From Chloroflexota bacterium (GTDB lineage: Bacteria > Chloroflexota > Dormibacteria > Dormibacterales > Dormibacteraceae): a stretch of 64,000 nucleotides of DNA. A program made the translations under genes and the position numbers. Shown here one piece after another: positions 49,362-57,996 of the stretch. The notes under the pieces were generated by a model. It made no database searches. It had not been told where the DNA came from and worked only from the letters and a program-made list of their open reading frames with translations. Positions within the stretch are counted from its first letter, which is position 1. Each line of letters starts with the position of its first letter. Where the stretch lies: contig VBHJ01000015.1 of NCBI GenBank assembly GCA_005887685.1, forward strand, positions 2,540 through 66,539, given 5' to 3'.

Positions 49362-49437
49362 AGGAGCTCGCGTCATAGGTCCGCGAAACAGAGACACGGC
49401 CGCCGGCCCAGGTCGGCGCCAGACAGACGCCATTGGA

Positions 49438-50694
49438 GTGCATCGCGCGATCGAAGCGATCTGGCGGATCGAGTCGGCCCGGCTCATCGCCGGGTTGGCT
49501 CGTGTCGTCGGCGACATTGGGACGGCTGAGGAGCTCGCACAGGATGCCCTCGTCGCCGCGCTCGAGCAGTGGCCCACCGAAGGCGTGCCGGAGCGGGCGG
49601 GCGCCTGGCTCATGGGGACCGCGAAGCACCGCGCGTTCGACCTGATCCGGCGCCGCAAGACGCTCGACCACAAGCACGAGGAGATCGGACGCAGTGTCGA
49701 GCGGGCTCAGGAAAGCGTGGACCTGGACGCTGCGATCGACGAGGAGGTGGGGGACGACCTCCTCGGCTTGATCTTCATGGCCTGCCATCCGGTCCTCTCG
49801 AAGGACGCAAGGGTCGCGCTCACACTTCGCGTCCTCGGGGGACTGACGACAGAAGAGATCGCGCGGGCCTTTCTCGTCCCTGTCTCGACCATCTCCCAGC
49901 GGATCGTCCGCGCGAAAAGGACCCTCGCCGAGGCACACGTCAGGTTCGAGGTTCCGGGCGGCGCCGAGCGCATTGCGCGCCTGTCCTCCGTCCTCGAGGT
50001 GATCTATCTGATCTTCAACGAAGGGTATTCCGCGACGGCGGGCCACGACTGGATCCGACCGGCCCTGTGTGAGGAGGCGCTCCGGCTGGGCCGCATCCTT
50101 GCCGAGCTCGCGCCAGCCGAGCCTGAAATCCATGGTGTTGTCGCGCTCATGGAGATCCAGGCCTCTCGGCTTGTGGCTCGAGTTGGGCCGTCCGGCGAGC
50201 CCGTCCTGCTGCTCGATCAAGATCGAGCGCGCTGGGATCGCCTGCTCATCCGCCGGGGCCTGAAGGCGCTCGAGCGCGCTGAGAGGCTCGGGGGCGCCCT
50301 GGGTCCCTACGCCCTGCAGGCGGCGATCGCCGCCTGCCACGCTCGGGCGACGACCGCGTCGGAGACGGATTGGCCGCGCATCGTGGCGCTTTACGACGCG
50401 GTCGCGCAGCTCGCGCCGTCGCCGATCGTCGAGCTGAACCGAGCGGTCGCAGTGGGGATGGCGTTCGGTCCGGCTGCAGGTCTCGAACTTGTGGACGCGC
50501 TCGTGGCCGAGCCCTCGCTCAAGTCCTACCATCTACTGCCGGCCGTCCGCGGCGACCTCCTGAGGAAGCTCGGCCGGTCTGAGGAGGCGGGCGACGAGTT
50601 CGAACGTGCTGCGTCATTGACCGAGAACGTGCGGGAACGCGAGCTCCTGGAGAGACGAGCCGCAGAATGCGCCGCGCAGGGGACGGCGGGCTAG
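49438..50694 (+). CDS. ECF-type sigma-70 family factor with long C-terminal extension (COG4941-like, usually paired with YciI genes)
   Basis: Region 2 EELAQDALVAALEQWP...AWLMGTAKHRAFDLIRRR and region 4 LGGLTTEEIARAFLVPVSTISQRIVRAKRTL. GTG 49438 was chosen; the track ORF from 49126 overlaps yciI. Confidence 0.8.
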   Translation: MHRAIEAIWRIESARLIAGLARVVGDIGTAEELAQDALVAALEQWPTEGVPERAGAWLMGTAKHRAFDLIRRRKTLDHKHEEIGRSVERAQESVDLDAAIDEEVGDDLLGLIFMACHPVLSKDARVALTLRVLGGLTTEEIARAFLVPVSTISQRIVRAKRTLAEAHVRFEVPGGAERIARLSSVLEVIYLIFNEGYSATAGHDWIRPALCEEALRLGRILAELAPAEPEIHGVVALMEIQASRLVARVGPSGEPVLLLDQDRARWDRLLIRRGLKALERAERLGGALGPYALQAAIAACHARATTASETDWPRIVALYDAVAQLAPSPIVELNRAVAVGMAFGPAAGLELVDALVAEPSLKSYHLLPAVRGDLLRKLGRSEEAGDEFERAASLTENVRERELLERRAAECAAQGTAG

Positions 50695-50801
50695 AGGCTG
50701 GCCTATGGCTCGGCGTGCCCCCGACCAAGCCTGCACGTAACTTGCGCGCTGCAGAATGACCGCGCCCACCGACCGGTTCTGCATCGACATGAGCGCGACC
50801 G

Positions 50802-51866
50802 GTGACTGAATCGACACTTGGCGTTGGGATCATCCCGGCACTGCGCGCGCTGCCGAACTACGAGATCCGGGCGCTCAGCTCGCACAGCGCAGAATCCGCG
50901 CGGGCAGCTGGTGAGGCCTTCGGGGTCGGTGCCGTGTTCTCAGACCACGAGGCCCTGGTGACCCGATCAGACATCGACGTCGTCGCGGTCACGGTCAAGG
51001 TCCCACACCATCGAGAGCTCGTCTCGGCCGCGCTTGCCGCCGGCAAGGCCGTGTACTGCGAATGGCCCCTTGGCCGTGACCTGGAAGACGCGCGTGCGAT
51101 GGCTGAGCTTGCCGCCGAACGGGGTGTGCGAACGGTCGTCGGGTTGCAGGCCCGCCAGGCCCCGGCGATCGAGTTCGTCCAACTGCTGCTCAACGACGGA
51201 TACGTCGGCGAGGTCCTGTCAACGACCATGGTCGGGCTGTCGATCCCTGGCGACGTGGTGGGCCGGCCCAATGCCTACATGCTCGACAAGACAAACGGAG
51301 CGAACTTGCTCACCATCCCGGTCGGTCACAGCCTGGACATCCTCAGTTACGTGCTTGGCGAGTTCGCCGACCTGTCGGCCGTGTCGGATCTGCGCCGGCC
51401 GCTGATCACCATCGAAGAGACGGGCGAGCAGATCGTGAAAACGGTCGCCGATCAGATCGCGGTGATCGGCACTCTTACATCGGGGACGACCGCGAGCCTC
51501 CACATGCGTGAGGCAGTCGCCGGCGGTACAGGGTTCCTTTGGGAAATCAATGGAACCGACGGAACGCTCCGGATTACCGCCGACAGCGCATTGCCGGAGA
51601 TCTACCCGTTGACGGTCGCGGGAGCGCGGGGTCGGAACGAGCCCGCCGAGCTTGCCGTACCGGCGGCGCTGACACGGAAATGGCCCTCTCTTGCGAGCCT
51701 GGCAGGAGCGCCCGCCTTCAACGTCGGTCGTGCGTACGCCGCGTTCGCGGCAGACATTGACAACGCTACCCGTACGGTGCCGGACTTCGCGGACGCCGTG
51801 CGGCGCCATGAGGTCATCGCCGCGATCGAGAGGTCCGCCGCGTCAGGGGAACGGGTGAAGCCGTAA
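50802..51866 (+). CDS. Gfo/Idh/MocA-family oxidoreductase, apparently lacking the N-terminal GxGxxG loop
   Basis: VTVKVPHHRELVSAALAAGKAVYCEWPLG is family-typical. The N-terminus reads LGVGIIPALRALP where relatives carry about 15 more residues, including the dinucleotide-binding glycines. Confidence 0.7.
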   Translation: MTESTLGVGIIPALRALPNYEIRALSSHSAESARAAGEAFGVGAVFSDHEALVTRSDIDVVAVTVKVPHHRELVSAALAAGKAVYCEWPLGRDLEDARAMAELAAERGVRTVVGLQARQAPAIEFVQLLLNDGYVGEVLSTTMVGLSIPGDVVGRPNAYMLDKTNGANLLTIPVGHSLDILSYVLGEFADLSAVSDLRRPLITIEETGEQIVKTVADQIAVIGTLTSGTTASLHMREAVAGGTGFLWEINGTDGTLRITADSALPEIYPLTVAGARGRNEPAELAVPAALTRKWPSLASLAGAPAFNVGRAYAAFAADIDNATRTVPDFADAVRRHEVIAAIERSAASGERVKP

Positions 51867-51897
51867 CCCTGCTGCACCGGGCCGCGGGTCGGACGGG

Positions 51898-52389
51898 CTA
51901 GGTCGTTGAGCGCTTCGGCTTGCGCAGCTGAATGAAGATCAGCACGCTGCTCACCAGCAAGGCCGGCACGTACGCGGTCACGATGACCCAGTTCACGCCC
52001 AGGCCATGCGTGAACACGCTGAAACGCATCGATTGAATGATCGCGTTCACGGTGTCGAGCAGTCCGACCGCAAGGAAGAGCCATACCAATGGGATGGCCG
52101 CGGACCAACCACGACGAAGGGCAATCAAAGCCATGAGTGCCAACAGGGCAGTGGCCATGTCGCCGTATCCGATCATCGTTCGAAATTCGGCTGGTACCGC
52201 GGCATCGACGGCGCCGGGCGCCAGGATCGTCCCCCCGACGATGCGAAAGACATGGACCCACACGAGTGGCACCAACGCAGCCTCACGTGGCATTCCAAGC
52301 AAGCGAGGCGCTACGTACCACCATGCGACAAGCGCGTAGACGACCAGCGCGAAGGTGAATTGAATTCCAAAGAGGACGATTGGGGCCAT
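51898..52389 (-). CDS. Integral membrane protein, function unknown
   Basis: 163 aa with 4-5 hydrophobic segments. GGAGGAAAAAGCC lies before the ATG. Confidence 0.6.
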   Translation of the reverse strand: MAPIVLFGIQFTFALVVYALVAWWYVAPRLLGMPREAALVPLVWVHVFRIVGGTILAPGAVDAAVPAEFRTMIGYGDMATALLALMALIALRRGWSAAIPLVWLFLAVGLLDTVNAIIQSMRFSVFTHGLGVNWVIVTAYVPALLVSSVLIFIQLRKPKRSTT

Positions 52390-52466
52390 GGCTTTTTCCT
52401 CCGCTTACGACGCCGACATGGACGTACTCGCAATCGGGCAGGGTAGCGTGCGCTTAAGCTGGAGAC

Positions 52467-52718
52467 ATGAGCCGGGGCTTCAGGAACTCAGACGAGACCA
52501 AAGCGCTCGAAGACAAGGCCACCTCCGACACGATCAACGCGATCCTCGAGCGCGACCGTGAGCAGGCGGCTCATGCCGCCGAGGTTCGCGCTCACGGCCT
52601 GCAGGGCCTATGCGAGGACTGCGGTCGACCCATCGGCGCCGAGCGCCTCGAGGCGCTTCCAACCGCGACTCGCTGCATCCGCTGTCAGGCGGAGTGGGAG
52701 CAGACGAACCGCCTCTGA
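52467..52718 (+). CDS. TraR/DksA-family C4 zinc-finger protein
   Basis: CEDCGRPIGAERLEALPTATRCIRCQ. Confidence 0.75.
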   Translation: MSRGFRNSDETKALEDKATSDTINAILERDREQAAHAAEVRAHGLQGLCEDCGRPIGAERLEALPTATRCIRCQAEWEQTNRL

Positions 52719-52754
52719 TCGGTCAGCCGGTGAGCCAGACACGCGTCACATGCC

Positions 52755-53273
52755 TCACCAGCCGTAGTAGGAAGAGACCTGCAGGATCAGCACGGCGACG
52801 ATCCAGACCGCGGCAATGATGATGGCCGCGGGCCAGTTGCCCTGCAGCACCCTCCGGACGATCACCAGGATGGTGCCCCACGGGATCACGTAACTGGCGC
52901 CGGCCCGAGGATGGCCCAACGCTATGGCGACGTTGGCGCACATGAGGAGCACGACGACCCAGCCGAGGAATCCGAGGTCGGGGAGGCCCATTCCCAGGCC
53001 GCCCATCGACATCGCCAGCCCGCCGATTCCCCGCGGGGCGGTCCCGTCGGAGGAGACGGCGGCCATCGTGTGGTGAGGTTTCACGAACATGACCAGGCAC
53101 GTCCCGAGCAGGGCGTTGCCGAGGATCACAAGACCGACCGTCACTCCGACGTCGTTCTGATACCTGGGATCCGTCAAGGCGAGGCCAAGCCCGGCGAGAC
53201 CGGAGACGATGACCCCGAATCCGGCCAGCGTCCCGAGCGCGAAGACCGACTTCGAGAGGACAGAGGTGACCAC
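52755..53273 (-). CDS. Integral membrane protein, function unknown
   Basis: 172 aa with about 5 hydrophobic segments and no recognisable motif. Confidence 0.55.
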   Translation of the reverse strand: MVTSVLSKSVFALGTLAGFGVIVSGLAGLGLALTDPRYQNDVGVTVGLVILGNALLGTCLVMFVKPHHTMAAVSSDGTAPRGIGGLAMSMGGLGMGLPDLGFLGWVVVLLMCANVAIALGHPRAGASYVIPWGTILVIVRRVLQGNWPAAIIIAAVWIVAVLILQVSSYYGW

Positions 53274-53337
53274 AGGTCGGTGACTTTAGCGCGCTTTTTG
53301 GACCCTGTTGCCAGTCAAAGAAAAATCGACCCGCCGC

Positions 53338-54099
53338 CTACGCGACTGCTCGGCCGAACTGGCGCGCGCCGATGACGACCGCGATCACGGACAGCACGAC
53401 CATGATGAGAACCCCTTTGGCCACGCTCGGGTCGCCGAGGTTGTCGTTGAAGATGTGGCGCGCCGCATCGACGGCATAGAGCAGAGGGTTCACGGCTGCG
53501 ACGTTCTGCAGCCATTGCGGAGCGATGTTCATTGGCAGCAGCACACCCGACAGCAACAGGATCGGCAGCGTCGACGTGAACACGATCGGCGCATAGCTGT
53601 CCTCGCTTCTCACCGCAAGGGCGACCGCGTACGCGATGGATGCGGTGAGCAAGCCGATGAGGCCGATCAAGGCCAACACCACGACGATGCCCAGCGCGTG
53701 GATGTTCAAGCCGAAGGGAAGCGCGATCACGATCAGGATCAGGGACTGAACCACGATCGAGACCATGTCGCGCAGCGCGCGGCCGAACAGCAGCGCGACC
53801 CTACTGACCGGCGTGACGCGAAGGCGCTCAATCACTCCCATGCGCAGCTCCGCGATCAGGCTGAAGCCAACACCTGCGGCGCCGAACATGCCGAGCTGAA
53901 CGAGCAGGCCCGGCACGAAAACGTTGTACGCGCCACCGGGCGGAAATCCGCGCATCTTCGCCAACGGCTCCAGCAGCGGCGCGAAGAGGACCAGGTAGAG
54001 GACGGGCTGCAGCACTCCGAGCGCGATCCAGACCGGGTTGTGCATGAGCAGCCCGAAGTAACGGCCGAAGACGAGCCATGTATCACGCAGGAGCTTCAT
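53338..54099 (-). CDS. ABC-2-type exporter permease
   Basis: 253 aa with 6 TM segments and an ATGA-type overlap with the upstream ATPase. Confidence 0.8.
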   Translation of the reverse strand: MKLLRDTWLVFGRYFGLLMHNPVWIALGVLQPVLYLVLFAPLLEPLAKMRGFPPGGAYNVFVPGLLVQLGMFGAAGVGFSLIAELRMGVIERLRVTPVSRVALLFGRALRDMVSIVVQSLILIVIALPFGLNIHALGIVVVLALIGLIGLLTASIAYAVALAVRSEDSYAPIVFTSTLPILLLSGVLLPMNIAPQWLQNVAAVNPLLYAVDAARHIFNDNLGDPSVAKGVLIMVVLSVIAVVIGARQFGRAVA

Positions 54100-55067
54100 G
54101 CCGCGGTCTCGCGAAGCGACCGTCCGGTCTGCCGCAGGAAGACGTCGTCGAGACTGGGCCGGTGGAGCTCGACGGTCATCAACTGCATCTGCGCCCCGTC
54201 GAGCAGGCGAAGAATGGCCGGCATGGCAACCTCGCCCCGGTCAACATATAGATGGACGGAGCCGTTCTCGAGCTTCGCCTCCCGGACGAACGGCTGCTCC
54301 CTGATCAGGTCGAATGCTCGTTGCTGTTCCCCGGCGACGCTCAGCGTCACCACGTCGCCGGCCACCGCGCGCTTGAGCTCCTCGGGTGTGCCCTCGGCCA
54401 CGATCTTTCCGTAGTCGATGATCGCGACGCGGTCGCATAGCGCGTCCGCCTCGTCGAGGTAGTGCGTCGTGACAAAGATCGTCGTCCCGCGGTCGTGCAT
54501 GCGCCGAACCTCGTCCCAGACCCGGGCGCGGCTTTGCGGATCCAGCCCGGTGGTCGGTTCGTCCAGGAAAAGCAGCTGCGGATCGTGGACCAGGCCGAGG
54601 CCTATGTCGAGCCGTCTCTTCTGGCCTCCCGAATAGGTCCCCACCTTGCGGTCTGCCGCGCCCTCCAGCTCGAGCATGTCGATCAGCTCCGCCGCACGTT
54701 TGCGCGCGGCATCGACCGACATTCCATACAGGCGGCCCTGAAACACGAGCTCGGTGCGCCCTGTTATCTCGCGGTCGGCGCCGCCGGCCTGGCCGACGTA
54801 TCCGATCCGGTCGCGGATCTGCGCCGCCTGGGTGGCAAGCTCGCACCCGGCGACCCTGGCCGTGCCGCCGCTCGGCGGCAGCAACGTGGCGAGCATCCGC
54901 AGCGTGGTTGTCTTCCCCGCGCCGTTAGGTCCGAGGAAGCCGAAGATCTCGCCTTGGCGGACGTCGAGGTCGACGCCCGCTACCGCCTCGACCTCGCGCT
55001 TACGCGACTTGAAAACGCGGCGCAATCCACGCGTTTGGATTACCGATTCAGGCTGTGGCGTGACCAT
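54096..55067 (-). CDS. ABC transporter ATP-binding protein (DrrA/ABC-2 type)
   Basis: MVTPQPESVIQTRGLRRVF..., GPNGAGKTT, YSGGQKRRL, LFLDEPT. ATG 55067 was chosen; the N-terminal extension of the track ORF was rejected. Confidence 0.9.
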   Translation of the reverse strand: MVTPQPESVIQTRGLRRVFKSRKREVEAVAGVDLDVRQGEIFGFLGPNGAGKTTTLRMLATLLPPSGGTARVAGCELATQAAQIRDRIGYVGQAGGADREITGRTELVFQGRLYGMSVDAARKRAAELIDMLELEGAADRKVGTYSGGQKRRLDIGLGLVHDPQLLFLDEPTTGLDPQSRARVWDEVRRMHDRGTTIFVTTHYLDEADALCDRVAIIDYGKIVAEGTPEELKRAVAGDVVTLSVAGEQQRAFDLIREQPFVREAKLENGSVHLYVDRGEVAMPAILRLLDGAQMQLMTVELHRPSLDDVFLRQTGRSLRETAA

Positions 55068-55974
55068 CCGCAGCGATTTTCCCGGATGCGACCGCCCTCG
55101 CGCCGGTGACCAGCTCCCAGAACCCTTCCTGCGCGGGGCCACCGCGCGCCCTTCGGCGCACCGCGCTGATGGGTCGCAGGATGGACGCGACAGGCAGCCG
55201 TTTGAGCAAACCGGTGGAAATGTCTGACGCGACGGCCAGTTTGGAGAGAGCCGCGAACCCCAGGCCGGCCGCCGCCGCGGCGCGGACATACTCCGGATGC
55301 CCCAGGTTCAGGCTCTGGACCTGGTCGTAAGAGTCGCCGAGCATCTCCCGTACATACCGTTCGGCCGACCACTGCGGGCCACGGCCGAGGTAGAGGTAGG
55401 GCACCAGGTCCGGCGGCGATACGCGCCGCAGTTTCGCGAGCGGATGGTCGCGATGCACGACCAGGACGAGCTCGTCGCGAGTCAACTCGACCGCCACCAG
55501 CTCAGGGTCGGACGCGCCTTCGATGAGGGCGCAGTCGAGCGTGCCGACGAGCACCCGGCGGTTCAGGTCCGCCGATGGCTCGACCGTGACATTCAGCTTT
55601 ACACCCGGATGGCGCCGGGTGAAGTCGGCCAGGCGGGGCGGGAGGTAGTAGGCGGCACAGGTGGGGCTGGCGCCCAGATGGAGGGAGCCTGCCTGGAGGT
55701 GCTTCATCGCCAGCGCCGAGTCGTCCACGACCTCGACCGAGCGCAGCGCGGCCCGGCACGTCTCGGCGAGCGAGCGGCCGGCGTCCGTGAGCCTGACCCT
55801 CCGCCCGTCGCGCTCGAGGAGCTGCAGGCCCACGGCCTGCTCGAAGTGGCGCAGCTGCTGGGTGACCGCCGCCTGGGTCAGGAAAAGGGAGGCGGCTGCG
55901 CGGGAGACGTGCTCGGTCTCGGCGACGGCGACGAAGGACCGAATCTGCTCCAGGGTGAAGGCCGGTTTGCGCAC
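55048..55974 (-). CDS. LysR-family transcriptional regulator
   Basis: FTLEQIRSFVAVAETEHVSRAAASLFLTQAAVTQQLRHFE plus a LysR substrate-binding domain. It overlaps the ABC ATPase start by 20 nt. Confidence 0.9.
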   Translation of the reverse strand: MRKPAFTLEQIRSFVAVAETEHVSRAAASLFLTQAAVTQQLRHFEQAVGLQLLERDGRRVRLTDAGRSLAETCRAALRSVEVVDDSALAMKHLQAGSLHLGASPTCAAYYLPPRLADFTRRHPGVKLNVTVEPSADLNRRVLVGTLDCALIEGASDPELVAVELTRDELVLVVHRDHPLAKLRRVSPPDLVPYLYLGRGPQWSAERYVREMLGDSYDQVQSLNLGHPEYVRAAAAAGLGFAALSKLAVASDISTGLLKRLPVASILRPISAVRRRARGGPAQEGFWELVTGARAVASGKIAADGHATA

Positions 55975-56106
55975 CGCGACATATTAGTCGGGCTTATGCA
56001 ACTCATTACAAACAATTGAGACCAAGTGGCTTAATGAAAGCTGAAGTCGAACGTTGTACGAGTTACCGTTCACAACGCCCGTCACCGGGAAAGGAGGGAA
56101 GTAAAG

Positions 56107-56265
56107 ATGAGTTCGCGGATTCGCCGCAGTGAAAGCGGCCAGGGCATGGTCGAGTATGCCTTGATCTTGGTGCTGGTCTCGATCGTCGTCATCGTGATTC
56201 TTCTGACCATGGGCAACCAGATCCAGAACGTGTTCTCCAACGTGGTGGCCGCGCTCGGAGCCTGA
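56107..56265 (+). CDS. Flp/Fap-family type IVb prepilin (52 aa), not in the supplied ORF track
   Basis: MSSRIRRSESGQG/MVEYALILVLVSIVVIVILLTMGNQIQNVFSNVVAALGA, carrying the G/xxxEY processing motif and a hydrophobic helix. GGAGG at 56093-56097 lies 9 nt before the ATG. Confidence 0.75.
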   Translation: MSSRIRRSESGQGMVEYALILVLVSIVVIVILLTMGNQIQNVFSNVVAALGA

Positions 56266-56281
56266 GCTCCGCGCCTTGACG

Positions 56282-56307
56282 CTTGGGGCCGGCCGACCGG
56301 CTCCAAG
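56282..56307 (+). terminator. Hairpin after the flp gene
   Basis: CTTGGGGCCGG-ccga-CCGGCTCCAAG (11-bp stem with one G-U). A TTTT run lies 10 nt downstream (56317-56320). Confidence 0.45.
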
Positions 56308-56335
56308 CGGGAGCCGTTTTCCCGATAGTTAGGGC

Positions 56336-57892
56336 ATGCCCCAGCCGTGGTGGCGCAGCGCGGTCTTCTACCAGGTCTACGTGCGCAGCTTTGCCGACTC
56401 CAACGGCGATGGGATCGGCGACCTGCCCGGTATCACCTCACGTCTCGACTACGTCCGCGATCTGGGCGTCGACGCCATCTGGCTGACGCCGTTCTATCCC
56501 TCGCCGCAGAAAGACCACGGCTACGACGTCGCCGATTACTTCGGCGTCGACCCCGCGTACGGAACGCTGGAAGACTTCGACCACCTGCTGAAGCGGGCCC
56601 ACCAGCTGCGCCTGAAGGTCCTGGTCGACATCGTGCCCAATCACACCTCGGACCAGCACAAATGGTTCAAGGCCGCGGTCGCCTCGCACAAGAGCCCGAT
56701 GCGCAAGCGCTACCACTTTGCCGATCCCAAGCCAGGCGGCCTGCCGCCAAACAACTGGACGTCGTCCTTTGGGGGCCCCGCCTGGTCGCCCGAGCCCAAC
56801 GGCCCGCAGTGGTACCTCCACCTTTTCGCGCCTGAGCAGCCCGACCTCAACTGGTGGCACCCCGCTGTCCCGGTCGAGTTCGAGCGCATTCTGAAGTTCT
56901 GGCTCGAACGCGGGGCGGACGGTTTCCGGATCGACGTCGCGGCCGCGCTTTTCAAGCGCAAGGACCTGGCCGATCGGCCGCTCATCGCCGACCGCGTCAC
57001 AGGCGCAGCGCGTTTCGACTCGGCCTTCGGGATCATCGACCAACCACAGCTGCACGACGTGTACAGACGATGGCGCCAGATCGCCACCGAGTACCAGCCC
57101 GACCGAGTCCTGGTGGGCGAGATCTTCGACCCTCGCCGCCACTCGAGGTACATCGTCCCCGACCAGCTTCACATGGCGTTCGCACTCATTCATCTGCCCT
57201 GGGACGCGGCGCTGTGGAAGCGGTCGATCGAGGTCAGCCGCAGCGCCCTGCGCGCTCCTGGAACCGAACCGACGTGGACACTCGCCAATCACGACGTGGT
57301 GCGGCCTGTCACCCGCCTGGGCGGTGGCTCGAAGGGACGGGCCCGTGCCGTGGCCGCCCTGTTGCTCTTGTTGGGTCTGCCCGGGCAGGTCTTCCTTTAC
57401 CAGGGCGAGGAGCTGGGCCTGGAGGAGGTCGACCTCCCCGACAGCGACAGGCAGGACCCTGTGTTCTTCCACTCCGAGGGCCGTCAGAAAGGTCGTGACG
57501 GGTGCCGCGTGCCGCTGCCCTGGAGCCGCGGTCAGCCGAACGCGGGGTTTTCGGATGCGGCCCCGTGGCTGCCCATGCCGCCGGCCTGGGACCGGCTCGC
57601 GGTTGACGTCCAGGCCGCATCTGGCGAATCCACCCTCGGGCACTTCAGGGAGGCGCTGGCGGAGCGCCGACGCCTGGCCGGCCGCCTCCCGCAGGTGATG
57701 GCCTGGCGGCCGGCTCCGGCGGGGATCCTCGCCTACTCCCGGGGCCGGCTGACTGTCGCCTGCAACTTCCTCGACCGGCCCACGCGGCTCCCTGCCCAGG
57801 GCAGGCTACTTTTCGGAAGCAGCCCACTCATCCGGGTTGACGGGGGCGTTTTGAACCTGCCGCCGAACTCGGCGGCGTGGCAGTTGGCCTGA
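56336..57892 (+). CDS. GH13 alpha-glucosidase / oligo-1,6-glucosidase family
   Basis: WWRSAVFYQVYVRSFADSNGDGIGDLPG, DIVPNHTS, GFRIDVAAAL, VGEIF and LANHDV. Confidence 0.9.
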   Translation: MPQPWWRSAVFYQVYVRSFADSNGDGIGDLPGITSRLDYVRDLGVDAIWLTPFYPSPQKDHGYDVADYFGVDPAYGTLEDFDHLLKRAHQLRLKVLVDIVPNHTSDQHKWFKAAVASHKSPMRKRYHFADPKPGGLPPNNWTSSFGGPAWSPEPNGPQWYLHLFAPEQPDLNWWHPAVPVEFERILKFWLERGADGFRIDVAAALFKRKDLADRPLIADRVTGAARFDSAFGIIDQPQLHDVYRRWRQIATEYQPDRVLVGEIFDPRRHSRYIVPDQLHMAFALIHLPWDAALWKRSIEVSRSALRAPGTEPTWTLANHDVVRPVTRLGGGSKGRARAVAALLLLLGLPGQVFLYQGEELGLEEVDLPDSDRQDPVFFHSEGRQKGRDGCRVPLPWSRGQPNAGFSDAAPWLPMPPAWDRLAVDVQAASGESTLGHFREALAERRRLAGRLPQVMAWRPAPAGILAYSRGRLTVACNFLDRPTRLPAQGRLLFGSSPLIRVDGGVLNLPPNSAAWQLA

Positions 57893-57996
57893 GCTTGCCT
57901 GGCGACCGGCGGTAGCCTGGCTACCGTGACGGGATGCCTTTGGTCCTTTACCGGCTCCTTAACCTGGGGTTCTCAATCACCCGCTAGAGTTCTTCC

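Noticed and set aside
57911-57925. A perfect 7-1-7 palindrome GGTAGCC-T-GGCTACC between the glucosidase stop and ppk1.
   Set aside because: It is short, single-copy and in GC-rich DNA. It could be an operator or the tip of a weak terminator, but it cannot be distinguished from chance without comparative data.
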